Shown here: positions 7,343 through 16,105 of the stretch, piece after piece | Numbering within the stretch: the stretch's first letter is position 1 | How the letters are laid out: every line of letters begins with the position of its first letter | Virus record (IMG/VR): IMGVR_UViG_3300022177_000070 | Span: 1,007 to 65,006 of that record | DNA length: 64,000 bases | Strand: one strand, 5' to 3' | From: a virus | The notes under the pieces: generated by a model | Databases searched by the model: none | What the model was told of the DNA's origin: nothing | What the model saw: the letters and a program-made list of their open reading frames with translations, nothing else | Made by a program: the position numbers and the translations under genes

Positions 7343-8587
7343 CTATTTGGTTGCCGGTCGGATTCGGGTGATGAACTCCAGTATCAGCGAAAGCTTGTCA
7401 GAAGGAAGCTGGGCCACTTCGTTCCAGTCCTTCACGCCGTACTTCTTGGCCAGAAGATTGAACGGGACGTTCCGGGCCTCGGCGGCGGCTTTGATCTCGG
7501 CTACCGTTTTGGCGATTCCGGCGTCCCGTTCCCCCTCCTGGGGCGGGTCCACAACCTCGGCCTCGGGGAACATGGGGGCGGTGTAGTTATCTTCCGGCCC
7601 ATCCGGGGGGAGGTTGGCGCTGGTGGCGGGCGGCGCGTCTTGAGGCGGAGCAAAGAAGGCTTCAGCCTCGAAAGGCATCACCGGCTCCGTTTCCGGCTGC
7701 GGCTCGGGCGCTACCGGGGAAGGCGGTGGGGGAGGGGTGTTGTTGGGGTGGTCTTTCAGCTTGCCAGCCAGGGCGGCTCCGCGCCCGGCCTTGGCAGGCT
7801 CGGTCCTGGCGGCATCCGTCGCTGACTCTTCGGACACTTCCAGGTCGATGATATCCGGGTCCAGCACTCCGGCCAGGTCGCCATCAGCCAAGACCTTGCC
7901 CTCGTCCTCCACCAACTGCTTGAGGGAAGAGGGGAGCGGGAGCAGCTTGAAGGCCCGGTGAACGACGGTCTTGGCGCACATGGACTCAAACCAGTCGGCC
8001 CACGGCCCGCTCTTGTTGAACTTCCAATTGGCACTGGACGCCCGCGCCTTCTCGAAGTCGCTCAGGCGAAGGGGAGGGCAAAAGTAGGTCTTCCCGCAGA
8101 TTTCGTAGGAGAAATAACCGCCGACCACATCGCCGGGGTTTTCGTCCAGCCCGGTGGGCACGTGCATGATCCGGCGCTCACTCCCTTCCTCGTAGTGGAA
8201 CACGTCGTTTTTGTACACCAGCACCGGACGCCCGCTGTCGATCACGCCGGATTCGACCGCCTTTTTGATAAGGGCTTGGTACTGGGTAATGGGAGTGACC
8301 TGGCCCTTGTAGGGAACCAGAGCCACACCGTCGGGAACCCCCACCTCCAGGCCCCGCTGGGCGGCGTAGAGACAGGACAGAAACAGCGACTTCTTGTTGC
8401 AGGTAATCAGGTCGGGGTTGCGGGCCAGGGCCAGATAGAAATTCTGTGTGAATCTGGTCATGTTGTCCCTGCCCACCATCGAGACGATTACCCCTTGGTA
8501 GTTCTTGAGAAGTTCATCTCTCAGTGCCACCGCGGTAACCCTGGCTTTGTCCTGGGTGGACGGTAGGTTTTCGGTTCTCTTGCTCAC
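7343..8587 (-). CDS. recT: RecT-family single-strand annealing protein
   Basis: LARNPDLITCNKKSL...AAQRGLEVG...LVPYKG, VYKNDVF, GPWADWFESMCAKTVVHRAFKLLP; downstream of YqaJ. Confidence 0.88.
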   Translation of the reverse strand: MSKRTENLPSTQDKARVTAVALRDELLKNYQGVIVSMVGRDNMTRFTQNFYLALARNPDLITCNKKSLFLSCLYAAQRGLEVGVPDGVALVPYKGQVTPITQYQALIKKAVESGVIDSGRPVLVYKNDVFHYEEGSERRIMHVPTGLDENPGDVVGGYFSYEICGKTYFCPPLRLSDFEKARASSANWKFNKSGPWADWFESMCAKTVVHRAFKLLPLPSSLKQLVEDEGKVLADGDLAGVLDPDIIDLEVSEESATDAARTEPAKAGRGAALAGKLKDHPNNTPPPPPSPVAPEPQPETEPVMPFEAEAFFAPPQDAPPATSANLPPDGPEDNYTAPMFPEAEVVDPPQEGERDAGIAKTVAEIKAAAEARNVPFNLLAKKYGVKDWNEVAQLPSDKLSLILEFITRIRPATK

Positions 8588-9627
8588 TTGGCCTCCTTTT
8601 TCTTTTTCTTCTCTTGCCAGTCGAAGTTCTTGCGGAAGACCCGCGGCCCCGGAAAGGTGCGCGTGGCCTTGGTTTCCGCTTCCTCAACCAGTTGTTCATT
8701 ACAGGATTTGGCGAGAATCTTAAAAGCTTCCTCCCAATCTGTTTTTTCTGAGGACTTGTTGTTTTTCCAGGTGATCTTGTAGCGCCGTCCGTCCGGCAGG
8801 TAGCCAAACAGGCCCAGGCCGTTGCCGATGTGGGCCTTGATGCCGTTAACCATCCGGGCGTAGTCAAGCTGGCAAATCTCCAGCATCCTCTCACCCATCT
8901 CCAGGTCGGAGATGTCTTTGGCAAGCTCCGGCCTTTCCACCAGTTCATTGTCGGTATTGGTGGGGTACACGGCGTTCAGAAACACCTTCCATGAATCGGA
9001 GCCGGAGGGCCGGGGCGGGGTGCGCTCTAAGACGTGTTCAGTCCAGAAGTGTTCGGCGATTCGCAGCAGGGTTCCCTCAAGCTCTTCCTGGGGCCGGATG
9101 CGGTACTGGCGATAGTCCTGCCCGCCGATCAACACAGCGCAGTCCCACCAGCGCAAGTTCAGCAGGGCACGATACCAAACGCACTGGACATAATAGCTTT
9201 CGGGAATGTCGTCGCCGCCGTCCTTACCCCAACGGTGGATCATGCGGTAGCCCGCCGTCTTACACTCTAGGCCACCTAAAACGTGTTGCCAGAACGACAA
9301 GTCGTTCTCCAGGTCGGCCATCGTCAAGCCGGGCACATCCACCACCAGCCGGTCAGGGGTGCCCCACCACCAGGGGAAATCCGGGTGCTTAAAGGGCTTT
9401 TCGCGATCAAACCCTTCATCGTTGCTGGGAAAGAGAATGACGTTGTTGCGCTCGGCGTACTCCCTGGCTACTACCGGCTCCAGCTTGTTGCCCCAATAGG
9501 CCGGGGTCGATTCTTCGTAGGGTTTCAAGCCGAAGATGTCCAGGTAAGCGTCCATCTCGTCGCTCCAAGGCGACGTGCCGGACAGGGCGGCGATGGTGCT
9601 GCCGCCAATTCCTCGCACTGGTTCCAT
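8584..9627 (-). CDS. YqaJ-like viral recombinase exonuclease
   Basis: GIGGS, WGNKLEPVVA, GTPDRL, LECKTA, YYVQCVWY motifs. Confidence 0.9.
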   Translation of the reverse strand: MEPVRGIGGSTIAALSGTSPWSDEMDAYLDIFGLKPYEESTPAYWGNKLEPVVAREYAERNNVILFPSNDEGFDREKPFKHPDFPWWWGTPDRLVVDVPGLTMADLENDLSFWQHVLGGLECKTAGYRMIHRWGKDGGDDIPESYYVQCVWYRALLNLRWWDCAVLIGGQDYRQYRIRPQEELEGTLLRIAEHFWTEHVLERTPPRPSGSDSWKVFLNAVYPTNTDNELVERPELAKDISDLEMGERMLEICQLDYARMVNGIKAHIGNGLGLFGYLPDGRRYKITWKNNKSSEKTDWEEAFKILAKSCNEQLVEEAETKATRTFPGPRVFRKNFDWQEKKKKKEAK

Positions 9628-9663
9628 ATCGTCTCCATGAGCTTTTTGATTATTGTTGTCCTT

Positions 9664-9691
9664 ATTCTATTCAGTTTTGGAATTATGTCAA
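9664..9691 (-). promoter_or_regulatory. Sigma70-like promoter for the leftward early operon
   Basis: Minus strand TTGACA-N16-TAGAAT; the spacer overlaps an ATTC-N7-GAAT box (9669-9683). Confidence 0.6.
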
Positions 9692-9693
9692 GC

Positions 9694-9733
9694 AAAAAAA
9701 AACCGGAAAAATTATCCGGGCTTTCTTTTTTTT
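9694..9733 (-). terminator. Rho-independent terminator after the repressor gene
   Basis: CCGGA/TCCGG hairpin followed by a T9 run on the minus strand. Confidence 0.55.
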
Positions 9734-9752
9734 GACCTGCCGGTGTTAGTTT

Positions 9753-10367
9753 TTATGCAAGATTCATCCAGATTACCTTGTCAAGTAGTCTGATATGACT
9801 TGGGGGGCGCACCGAATCCTCCCCGCCAGGGTGAATATCTCTCAAGATAACATGGGTTGGCGTCAATTTTACCATCCGCAAGCGCCCCATATTATCATCG
9901 TCAATATAGATTACCAGGTCCCCCTCCTTGACATCCGACCCGCTCTCCTTGGCAACATATACAATGTTGCCCTCGCGCAAGACGGGAAAAAAGAACATTC
10001 CCCTCACCCGTAGGACATAAAGCCTGTCCAGCAAGTACTCGCTGATAGGTGGAATTGGAGCCATGCCATAATCTTCTCCGGGGGGTACTCCGTCGGTCAC
10101 ATTGCTATAAGGAAAGCCCTCGGGGCCGATTTCCGCCACAACGGGCAGTTCCGACCTGCCCATCAATAACTCCAAGACATTCACCTGATATATACTGCAA
10201 AATTTTTGCAGGGCGTCCTGTCTCCAGCGCACCTCCCCCTTCAGCAACTTGTTGATGTGGCCTTGAGAGAAACCCAAAAGCTTTCCTAACTGCTCTTGGG
10301 TGTGAGGGCCTTGCTTAAAGACCTCTCTGCACCTTTCTGCAATTTTTTCATCTAACGGGGACGCCAT
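9753..10367 (-). CDS. CI-like repressor (XRE HTH plus degenerate S24-like C-terminal domain)
   Basis: TQEQLGKLLGFSQGHINKLLKGE HTH; YVLRVRG...PVLREGNIVYV...EGDLVI; divergent from a Cro-like gene. Confidence 0.82.
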   Translation of the reverse strand: MASPLDEKIAERCREVFKQGPHTQEQLGKLLGFSQGHINKLLKGEVRWRQDALQKFCSIYQVNVLELLMGRSELPVVAEIGPEGFPYSNVTDGVPPGEDYGMAPIPPISEYLLDRLYVLRVRGMFFFPVLREGNIVYVAKESGSDVKEGDLVIYIDDDNMGRLRMVKLTPTHVILRDIHPGGEDSVRPPSHIRLLDKVIWMNLA

Positions 10368-10466
10368 CTCTTTTTCAGTCCTTTTTGTAATTTACTCCAG
10401 GTGCCCACTTTTCCTGTTGGGAAATAATATAACTACCTGAAATATATTTGTCCAGAAAAAAAATTC

Positions 10467-10495
10467 TTGACTTAAATTCATTTTCTGATTATTTT
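10467..10495 (+). promoter_or_regulatory. Putative rightward (PR-like) promoter with operator-like box
   Basis: TTGACT-N17-TATTTT; ATTC-N7-GATT at 10476-10490 lies in the spacer. Confidence 0.4.
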
Positions 10496-10543
10496 CTATC
10501 CTACATCCCGATTATCACCTGAATAATCGCTTTAGGAGGTTGG

Positions 10544-10774
10544 ATGGAGCATCTACCGTTCCCGCGTGGATTTAACCGTCAAGTTGGCCTTTCCGTGGCA
10601 TACGCCTGGAAAATTAAGACCCGCCAAGCCATTCCCTCTCCTGCCGTGGCTCTGAGAATTTACAAGGCCCTGGAGGGACAGGTGCGCCTGACGGACATCC
10701 TGCAATGCAACCAAGAGACTGTGGAGATTGCCAGAATTATCAGCCGAGAAAATCAAGGAGAGCAAAAAACATGA
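10544..10774 (+). CDS. Cro-like transcriptional regulator
   Basis: VGLSVAYAWKIK...PSPAVALRIYKALEGQVRLTDIL; position opposite CI; GGAGG RBS. Confidence 0.65.
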   Translation: MEHLPFPRGFNRQVGLSVAYAWKIKTRQAIPSPAVALRIYKALEGQVRLTDILQCNQETVEIARIISRENQGEQKT

Positions 10775-11136
10775 ACCGAGCAATTCTGATGGGCCGGGTC
10801 GGACGGGACCCGGAAGTCAAGTACACCTCCGGCGGCACCGCCTACGCCAAATTCTCCCTCGCCACGACGGAGTATTTTAAGGACCGGAACGGCGACCGTC
10901 AAGAAAAAACCGAGTGGCACAACTGCATCGTTTGGGGAAAGTCGGCGGAAAACCTGGGCCAGTACGTTGCCAAGGGTGACAAGCTGTTGGTGGAGGGCAA
11001 ACTGACCACCAACGAGTGGGAAAAGGACGGTGTGAAGCGCCGGGACACCGTGGTCAACGTGCAGACCTGGGAAATCGCCCAATCCAAGAACGGCGGGCGG
11101 CAGCAGCAGCAGGACGACGACGACATTCCCTTTTAA
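10771..11136 (+). CDS. ssb: Single-stranded DNA-binding protein
   Basis: MNRAILMGRVGRDPEVKYT, KTEWHNCIVWGK, acidic tail DDDDIPF. Confidence 0.97.
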   Translation: MNRAILMGRVGRDPEVKYTSGGTAYAKFSLATTEYFKDRNGDRQEKTEWHNCIVWGKSAENLGQYVAKGDKLLVEGKLTTNEWEKDGVKRRDTVVNVQTWEIAQSKNGGRQQQQDDDDIPF

Positions 11137-11145
11137 GGAGTAGGT

Positions 11146-12198
11146 ATGGGCCGTCTATGGGGTCGCTTATATGCGGGAACTCGGAATCATCGCAAGATAC
11201 GCATTTTGCGTGAGCGCCATCCGGCCATGTGGACCGCGTGGTACGTCCTCATCGAATTAGCGATTGAGTGTGACGATGACGGTTGGATTTACGTGGCTCC
11301 GGGGCGGCCCTATACCTATAAAGAGCTTGCCAGAGAAGTCGGTATAGGACGCGCAGACAAGGCGGAAGGATTCATTAAGGAACTCGTAAGCCTTGGTTTA
11401 GCAACGCATAAGGATGAATTAGGCATCTGCCTAAACGGATTTATGAATCGCAATTATACCTCCGATTCTTCGACTGAGCGCGTAAGGAAGTATCGGGATA
11501 GATTGAAAAATCAGGAACCGGAAGGGGAAAATGAAACGTTTCAGAAACGTGACGGTGACGTTTCGGTAACTGCCATACTACAGAACAGAACAGAACAAAA
11601 CAAAACAGAACAGAAAGTACGTACGGACGAGTCGAAAAATGACTCACCCTCACCCTCACCCTCACCCTCCCTGCCCATATTTTCCTGTAAGTTTTTCACC
11701 ATCGACCAGGAATATCAAGACAAGTTGTTGAAAAAATTCCAAGCTTTGTCTCCTGAGATTTTAGCTGAAGAGTTTTCCAAGATGGAAGACTGGCTTTTTG
11801 ACAATCCCGGCAGGCATAAGTATAAGGCCAGTGGCGCACTTAAGGACCCCCGGCGTTTTATTAACAGATGGGTAAGTAAGGTAGTGGTTCCGCCGGGGTC
11901 AGCGTTCCGTCAAGCACCGGCACCGGCCAACACTACCCCCCTTCTCCCTGCCCGGCCTGACTGCGCTGCCTGTGATGGCACCGGATTGGTTTATTCTGAG
12001 CGAGTCGGGGAGCAAGGGGAAAAGCGGGTGGCATCACAGATATGTGGCTGTCGGCGCGGCGAGGACACCGGCACAAAAAAGCGGGTCCCGGTCGTTCCCA
12101 ACCAGGATTGCCCCACCTGTCATGGACAAGGAATTGACAGAACCAATGGCAAACCCAAGCCGTGCGCCTGCCTGAAGCCGAAGGAAAAAGCAGCATGA
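11146..12198 (+). CDS. Phage replication initiator / replisome organiser
   Basis: N-terminal domain ending SDSSTERVRKYRDR, low-complexity linker, two C-terminal CxxCxGxG...CxC motifs; precedes DnaB. Confidence 0.7.
   Translation: MGRLWGRLYAGTRNHRKIRILRERHPAMWTAWYVLIELAIECDDDGWIYVAPGRPYTYKELAREVGIGRADKAEGFIKELVSLGLATHKDELGICLNGFMNRNYTSDSSTERVRKYRDRLKNQEPEGENETFQKRDGDVSVTAILQNRTEQNKTEQKVRTDESKNDSPSPSPSPSLPIFSCKFFTIDQEYQDKLLKKFQALSPEILAEEFSKMEDWLFDNPGRHKYKASGALKDPRRFINRWVSKVVVPPGSAFRQAPAPANTTPLLPARPDCAACDGTGLVYSERVGEQGEKRVASQICGCRRGEDTGTKKRVPVVPNQDCPTCHGQGIDRTNGKPKPCACLKPKEKAA
11581..11670 (+). repeat. Short tandem repeats within the initiator gene (possible origin)
   Basis: (CAGAA/CAAAA)x7 at 11581-11615 and (TCACCC)x4 near 11644-11667. 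Confidence 0.5.
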
Positions 12199-13505
12199 CC
12201 CAAAACCAAGTCATCTCTTCTCCCGAGGCCGAGCAGTCGGTTATAGGGGCGGTGCTGATAAAGTCCGAGGCCCTGGAGCAAGTCATTGACCAGATTAAGC
12301 CGGAAGATTTTTACTACCTGAACCATGCCGAGATTTTTCAGGCCATGCTGGCGATTCGCAACAACGGCGACCCGGTGGACCTGACCACGGTAACGGCCCG
12401 CCTATTTGACCTGGGTAAACTGGAGGAGGTTGGCGGGCTGACATATTTGGCCGACCTGTCTGAGCATGTGGGGAGTTGGGCCAACATCGAGCATTACGCA
12501 AAACAGGTTGTGGAAAAATCGCGGTTAAGAAAGCTGGCAAGGCTGGGACTGGAGACCCAAGGCAAGATCGACCCCAGCAGTAATCCCGACGAGATTCTTT
12601 CGTGGCTCCTGGGAAACTGTGTCAACTTGTTGGCAGAATCGACCCTGGAGCAAGAAGAGTATATCGGCAAAATCGTGGGGACTGTGCGCCAGAAGTTAGA
12701 GGATGTGTGGTATTCCAAGATGCCGCCGGGGGTTATGACCGGGTTTCTGGATATCGACAGCATCTTGGGGGGACTACACCGCAAAGATTTGGTCCTCCTG
12801 GCTGCCCGGCCCAGCATGGGAAAGAGTGCCCTGGCCCTGAATATCGCTTACAACGTAGCCCGGAAAGGTCTGCCGGTGGGCATTATCTCCCTGGAGATGT
12901 CCAAAGAGCAATTTGGTGCCCGGATGGTTTCGAGTACTGGCCGGATCAACCTGGAGCGGATAATCAACTGTGACCTGTCCACGGATGAATGGGCCAAGAT
13001 GTCTGAGGTGGAGACTGAGGTTGAGGGCCTGCCCGTCGTGGTGGACGACCGGAGCCGGGTGTCGATTGAGGATGTTCAAGCAAGGTGTTATCGGTGGAAG
13101 CAGACCTATAACATGGGCCTGGTCATCATTGACTATCTGCAATTAATTCGTGATGAAAAGTGGCGAGGGAGTCGAGAGGCTGAGGTCTCCAAAATATCCC
13201 AACGGCTGAAGTCATTGGCTAAAGAGCTTGATATGCCAGTTATGGCTCTGTGCCAGTTAAACCGGGATGTCGAGAAGCGCACCGACAAGCGCCCCATCCT
13301 GGCAGACCTGCGGGAGTCCGGGGCCTTGGAGCAAGACGCCGACGTGGTGCTGATGCTGTACCGGGACGAGTTCTATAACGCTGAGTCAGACCTGGCTGGC
13401 GTGGGGGAGCTTTTTGTCCGCAAGAACCGCAATGGCCGTACTGGCAACGTGTTTCTGCAATATACCAAGGAATACACGTTGTTCCAAAACTATACCCATC
13501 TGTAG
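12195..13505 (+). CDS. dnaB: Replicative DNA helicase
   Basis: EAEQSVIGAVL, Walker A AARPSMGKS, SLEM, IIDYLQL, QLNR, DLRESGALEQDAD, KNRNG. Confidence 0.97.
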   Translation: MTQNQVISSPEAEQSVIGAVLIKSEALEQVIDQIKPEDFYYLNHAEIFQAMLAIRNNGDPVDLTTVTARLFDLGKLEEVGGLTYLADLSEHVGSWANIEHYAKQVVEKSRLRKLARLGLETQGKIDPSSNPDEILSWLLGNCVNLLAESTLEQEEYIGKIVGTVRQKLEDVWYSKMPPGVMTGFLDIDSILGGLHRKDLVLLAARPSMGKSALALNIAYNVARKGLPVGIISLEMSKEQFGARMVSSTGRINLERIINCDLSTDEWAKMSEVETEVEGLPVVVDDRSRVSIEDVQARCYRWKQTYNMGLVIIDYLQLIRDEKWRGSREAEVSKISQRLKSLAKELDMPVMALCQLNRDVEKRTDKRPILADLRESGALEQDADVVLMLYRDEFYNAESDLAGVGELFVRKNRNGRTGNVFLQYTKEYTLFQNYTHL

Positions 13506-13513
13506 GAGGTTTT

Positions 13514-13813
13514 ATGAAGCAGAGTGATCTGGTGCGGGAAGTTTCCCGCAAGGTCGGTGTGTCCCAGGTAGTCACCAAGGAAGTGGTGAGCGCCCTTCTG
13601 GATACCATCGGCGAAGAGTTACGCAATGGTGAGCCAGTGCGCCTCACCGGCCTGGGGGTTTTGCGCCCGGCCAAGATGGCTGCCAGGGTCTATGTTTATC
13701 GCTATGTGGATGACGACACCGGCGAAAAGATGGAAGAGCGTGTCCCGAAGCCCGAGCGCCAGACGGTGCGGTTCCGGGTGTCCAAGGTGTTTCGGGAGTC
13801 CATGAACCAGTAG
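13514..13813 (+). CDS. HU/IHF-family DNA-binding protein
   Basis: MKQSDLVREVSRK, GEPVRLTGLG, VPKPERQTVRFRVSK. Confidence 0.88.
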   Translation: MKQSDLVREVSRKVGVSQVVTKEVVSALLDTIGEELRNGEPVRLTGLGVLRPAKMAARVYVYRYVDDDTGEKMEERVPKPERQTVRFRVSKVFRESMNQ

Positions 13814-13858
13814 CGCCAAACAAGAAGAAGTCGCATTACGATCTAGGGTCAAAGTTGG

Positions 13859-13892
13859 GGGCCTCTGGAATCGAGGCCGGAGGCCCTTTTTT
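13859..13892 (+). terminator. Rho-independent terminator
   Basis: GGGCCTCTGG...CCGGAGGCCC stem plus T6. Confidence 0.8.
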
Positions 13893-13896
13893 GGTA

Positions 13897-13924
13897 TTGA
13901 CAGGTGAAAAAAATAATTTACAAT
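13897..13924 (+). promoter_or_regulatory. Near-consensus sigma70 promoter
   Basis: TTGACA-N16-TACAAT immediately after the terminator; GGAGG RBS at 13963. Confidence 0.7.
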
Positions 13925-13971
13925 CGTTCAGAGCTTGTTCCCGCCTTATCTTAATTAAAACCGGAGGCAGC

Positions 13972-14277
13972 ATGGGGCCACTTGTAACACAAGGGTTGGG
14001 GGGAAGGTTTGTTGTGGTTTCTGACAACTATTTGCCGATAATTAGGCCAGGGGCGCAAATATTTTGCGACAACAAAGAGCAGCCAGGCGACGGCGACATG
14101 GTTGTGTATGACGATGGTGGCGGGCCAAGGATGGCAAGGGTGAAACTTGGGGATGGCCTGGTAAACTTGAATGGCTTTGGCGACATTACCACTTTGTCGC
14201 TTAACAATATTAAAAAGTTGTCTAAGGTTGTTTGGATAAAGATGGCGCTTATCGCCATTATTTTTTTGGTCTTTTAA
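13972..14277 (+). CDS. Stand-alone S24-like domain, paralog of the repressor C-terminal domain (101 aa)
   Basis: PIIRPGAQIFC/DGDMVVYDD/IKKLSKVVWIKMA aligns with repressor PVLREGNIVYV/EGDLVIYID/IRLLDKVIWMNLA; no HTH. Confidence 0.65.
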   Translation: MGPLVTQGLGGRFVVVSDNYLPIIRPGAQIFCDNKEQPGDGDMVVYDDGGGPRMARVKLGDGLVNLNGFGDITTLSLNNIKKLSKVVWIKMALIAIIFLVF

Positions 14278-14431
14278 GCGCAGCGTCTATTAATTTTGGC
14301 GACAATGTAGCAAAAATAGATGAGATTGGTGGATTTAACAAAATGCACCACAACCACCGCGGAGTTCCTTGTGGTGGAGGGGTTGATTGTCGCTGGAACG
14401 AGTTTCAGTGTTGAGGTCCGCAAACAAGAAG

Positions 14432-14465
14432 GGGTCCCTGGATAAACCGGGGACCCATTTTTTTT
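14432..14465 (+). terminator. Rho-independent terminator between convergent genes
   Basis: GGGTCCCTGG-ATAAA-CCGGGGACCC plus T8. Confidence 0.8.
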
Positions 14466-14483
14466 GCCAAAAAAGGTTGCAGG

Positions 14484-15047
14484 TTAAGCCCGCAAGCCCT
14501 TCATCGCCTCTTCAAGTTCCGAGTCCACGATATGAGTGTAGATTTCCGTCGTCGTGATACTGCTATGGCCGAGAGCCTTTTGGGTGAGCCGCAGGTTTGC
14601 CGTCTGGCGGTAGAGATCGGTGGCGAAGGTATGCCGGAGCATGTGGGGGTGAACATCCTTCTCTATCCCGAGACTTCTGGCAACACGTTTCACCATCTGC
14701 CGCAGGTAGCGGGGCTGGATGCCGCGACCAGTGCGCGACCTAAAAACAAGTTCATGTGACCTATTTTGTAGGTCAAGATACTGGCACAAGAGGGCCGTGT
14801 CGTCCTCTGAGAGATAAAGGGTGCGGTCCCGCTTGCCCTTACCGCGCACCTTCACCCTGCCGGTTTTGAGGTCGCAGTTTTTGATTTCAAGATTCAAGAT
14901 TTCCGCCGACCGCATCCCGGTATTAAGCATGAGCCGGATCAGCAAGTGATTTCTCAAACCATTCACCGGGGGGAGATTTTTCTGGTCCAGTAAAATCTGT
15001 CGCTCTTCCGGCGTCAGCACGTCGGGGAGCCTCCTGGGGCGCGTCAT
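14484..15047 (-). CDS. Short tyrosine recombinase (catalytic domain only, 187 aa)
   Basis: TGMRSAEI (R), GKGKRDR (K), HPHMLRHTFAT (HxxR), LGH, TEIYTH (Y). Confidence 0.92.
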   Translation of the reverse strand: MTRPRRLPDVLTPEERQILLDQKNLPPVNGLRNHLLIRLMLNTGMRSAEILNLEIKNCDLKTGRVKVRGKGKRDRTLYLSEDDTALLCQYLDLQNRSHELVFRSRTGRGIQPRYLRQMVKRVARSLGIEKDVHPHMLRHTFATDLYRQTANLRLTQKALGHSSITTTEIYTHIVDSELEEAMKGLRA

Positions 15048-15053
15048 AATATC

Positions 15054-15374
15054 CTACCTCCCTTCTCCAGACTCTTTTTTACTCTTAACCACGGCAAGCA
15101 CCGGATTCAATTTTTGGGGCGACCACCCCCCTGGCGGGGCAGGCAGGGCGTCCAGGGTGGCCGGGTCCGGGGCGTGGTCCTTCAGGTTTAACAGGTGGCC
15201 GGTCAGTTCGCTCCGCTCTTTCATTTCCGGCGCTATCCACAATACCTTGACCATATTGGCCGATATCAAGTCAACCACGCGGCCATAGGCTTTCATTCCT
15301 ACATGGGGCCGGTAGGTGACATTATCGCCGCGGCGGTAGGTTTCCCCTTCCCAAGTCTCTATTTCTGTCAACAT
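15054..15374 (-). CDS. Hypothetical protein (possible SH3/KOW-like fold)
   Basis: YRRGDNVTY...GRVVDLI...VKVLW. Confidence 0.55.
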   Translation of the reverse strand: MLTEIETWEGETYRRGDNVTYRPHVGMKAYGRVVDLISANMVKVLWIAPEMKERSELTGHLLNLKDHAPDPATLDALPAPPGGWSPQKLNPVLAVVKSKKESGEGR

Positions 15375-15432
15375 ATTGCTGCTCTCTTCCTTTTATGATC
15401 TTGTCCAGGTCCATAATTGCCAGGGCCACAAT

Positions 15433-15513
15433 GGCGGCTTCAGCCTGCCGGTCTTCGTTTATCTCTTCTGTGGTGGCGGCGGGCTTTGGTGATCTTGTCC
15501 ACAGGGTTCCCCT
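15433..15513. repeat. Composite of two exact duplications: 15433-15481 = 18332-18380 (49 bp) and 15475-15513 = 17722-17760 (39 bp)
   Basis: Direct base-by-base comparison; the two pieces overlap at GGCGGCG. Confidence 0.9.
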
Positions 15514-15821
15514 TAAAACCGTTGGTTTCTTCCCTCATACCTAATGCGGCTAAAAAAAGCCGGGTCAATCCTATCCATAAGTTCGCCGCAAAGTTCGGCC
15601 AGTTCGTTTGCGGTATATAATTCCGACAGTGCCTTGAGGTAAATAAATCCGGCGTGGGTCCACAGAGTTTTTCGTCCATAGATTTTGAGCAATCCCTCTT
15701 TAATTAAGTTGGGGGCTTCAGGGAGTAGCAAATATGCGCGGAGCCCAAGCTCGCGGTAACGGTTAAGGGCGTTATCATAAAGGGCGAACAGTTCTTTGTC
15801 GGTGAAGTCTATGGGGTTCAT
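15513..15821 (-). CDS. Winged-helix-like paralog 6
   Basis: FTDKELFALY...LIKEGLL...WTHAGFIYLKALSELYTANEL. Confidence 0.7.
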   Translation of the reverse strand: MNPIDFTDKELFALYDNALNRYRELGLRAYLLLPEAPNLIKEGLLKIYGRKTLWTHAGFIYLKALSELYTANELAELCGELMDRIDPAFFSRIRYEGRNQRF

Positions 15822-16105
15822 CTTCCTAACTCTTTCATGGCCTGGTCAAAGTATTTGTCGGCCAGGCGTTGCAATTCTTCCAGGGTGTTCAGTTCTGACA
15901 ATAACTTAACGTAAGTCTCTCCGGCGGGGGTAAGTCTCATTGAAAACTCATCCAGGTAGGGCCGGGCATATCCAAGGGCTATTAGGCCGGGGAAGTCCTG
16001 GGGGTAGCCGGAAAAGATAATATCGGGCCTTCCTTCTGTCTTGGTGTTCCGGGCCTTGACGTGAAGGATATAAAACTCAAAGTTTGTTAGGTCGGCGTCG
16101 CTCAT
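15818..16105 (-). CDS. Winged-helix-like paralog 5
   Basis: LTNFEFYILH...LIALGYA...LTPAGETYVKLLSELNTLEEL. Confidence 0.7.
   Translation of the reverse strand: MSDADLTNFEFYILHVKARNTKTEGRPDIIFSGYPQDFPGLIALGYARPYLDEFSMRLTPAGETYVKLLSELNTLEELQRLADKYFDQAMKELGR

Noticed and set aside
14232-14445. Small ORFs between the S24-like gene and the terminator
   Set aside because: No convincing RBS or motif; cannot be supported.
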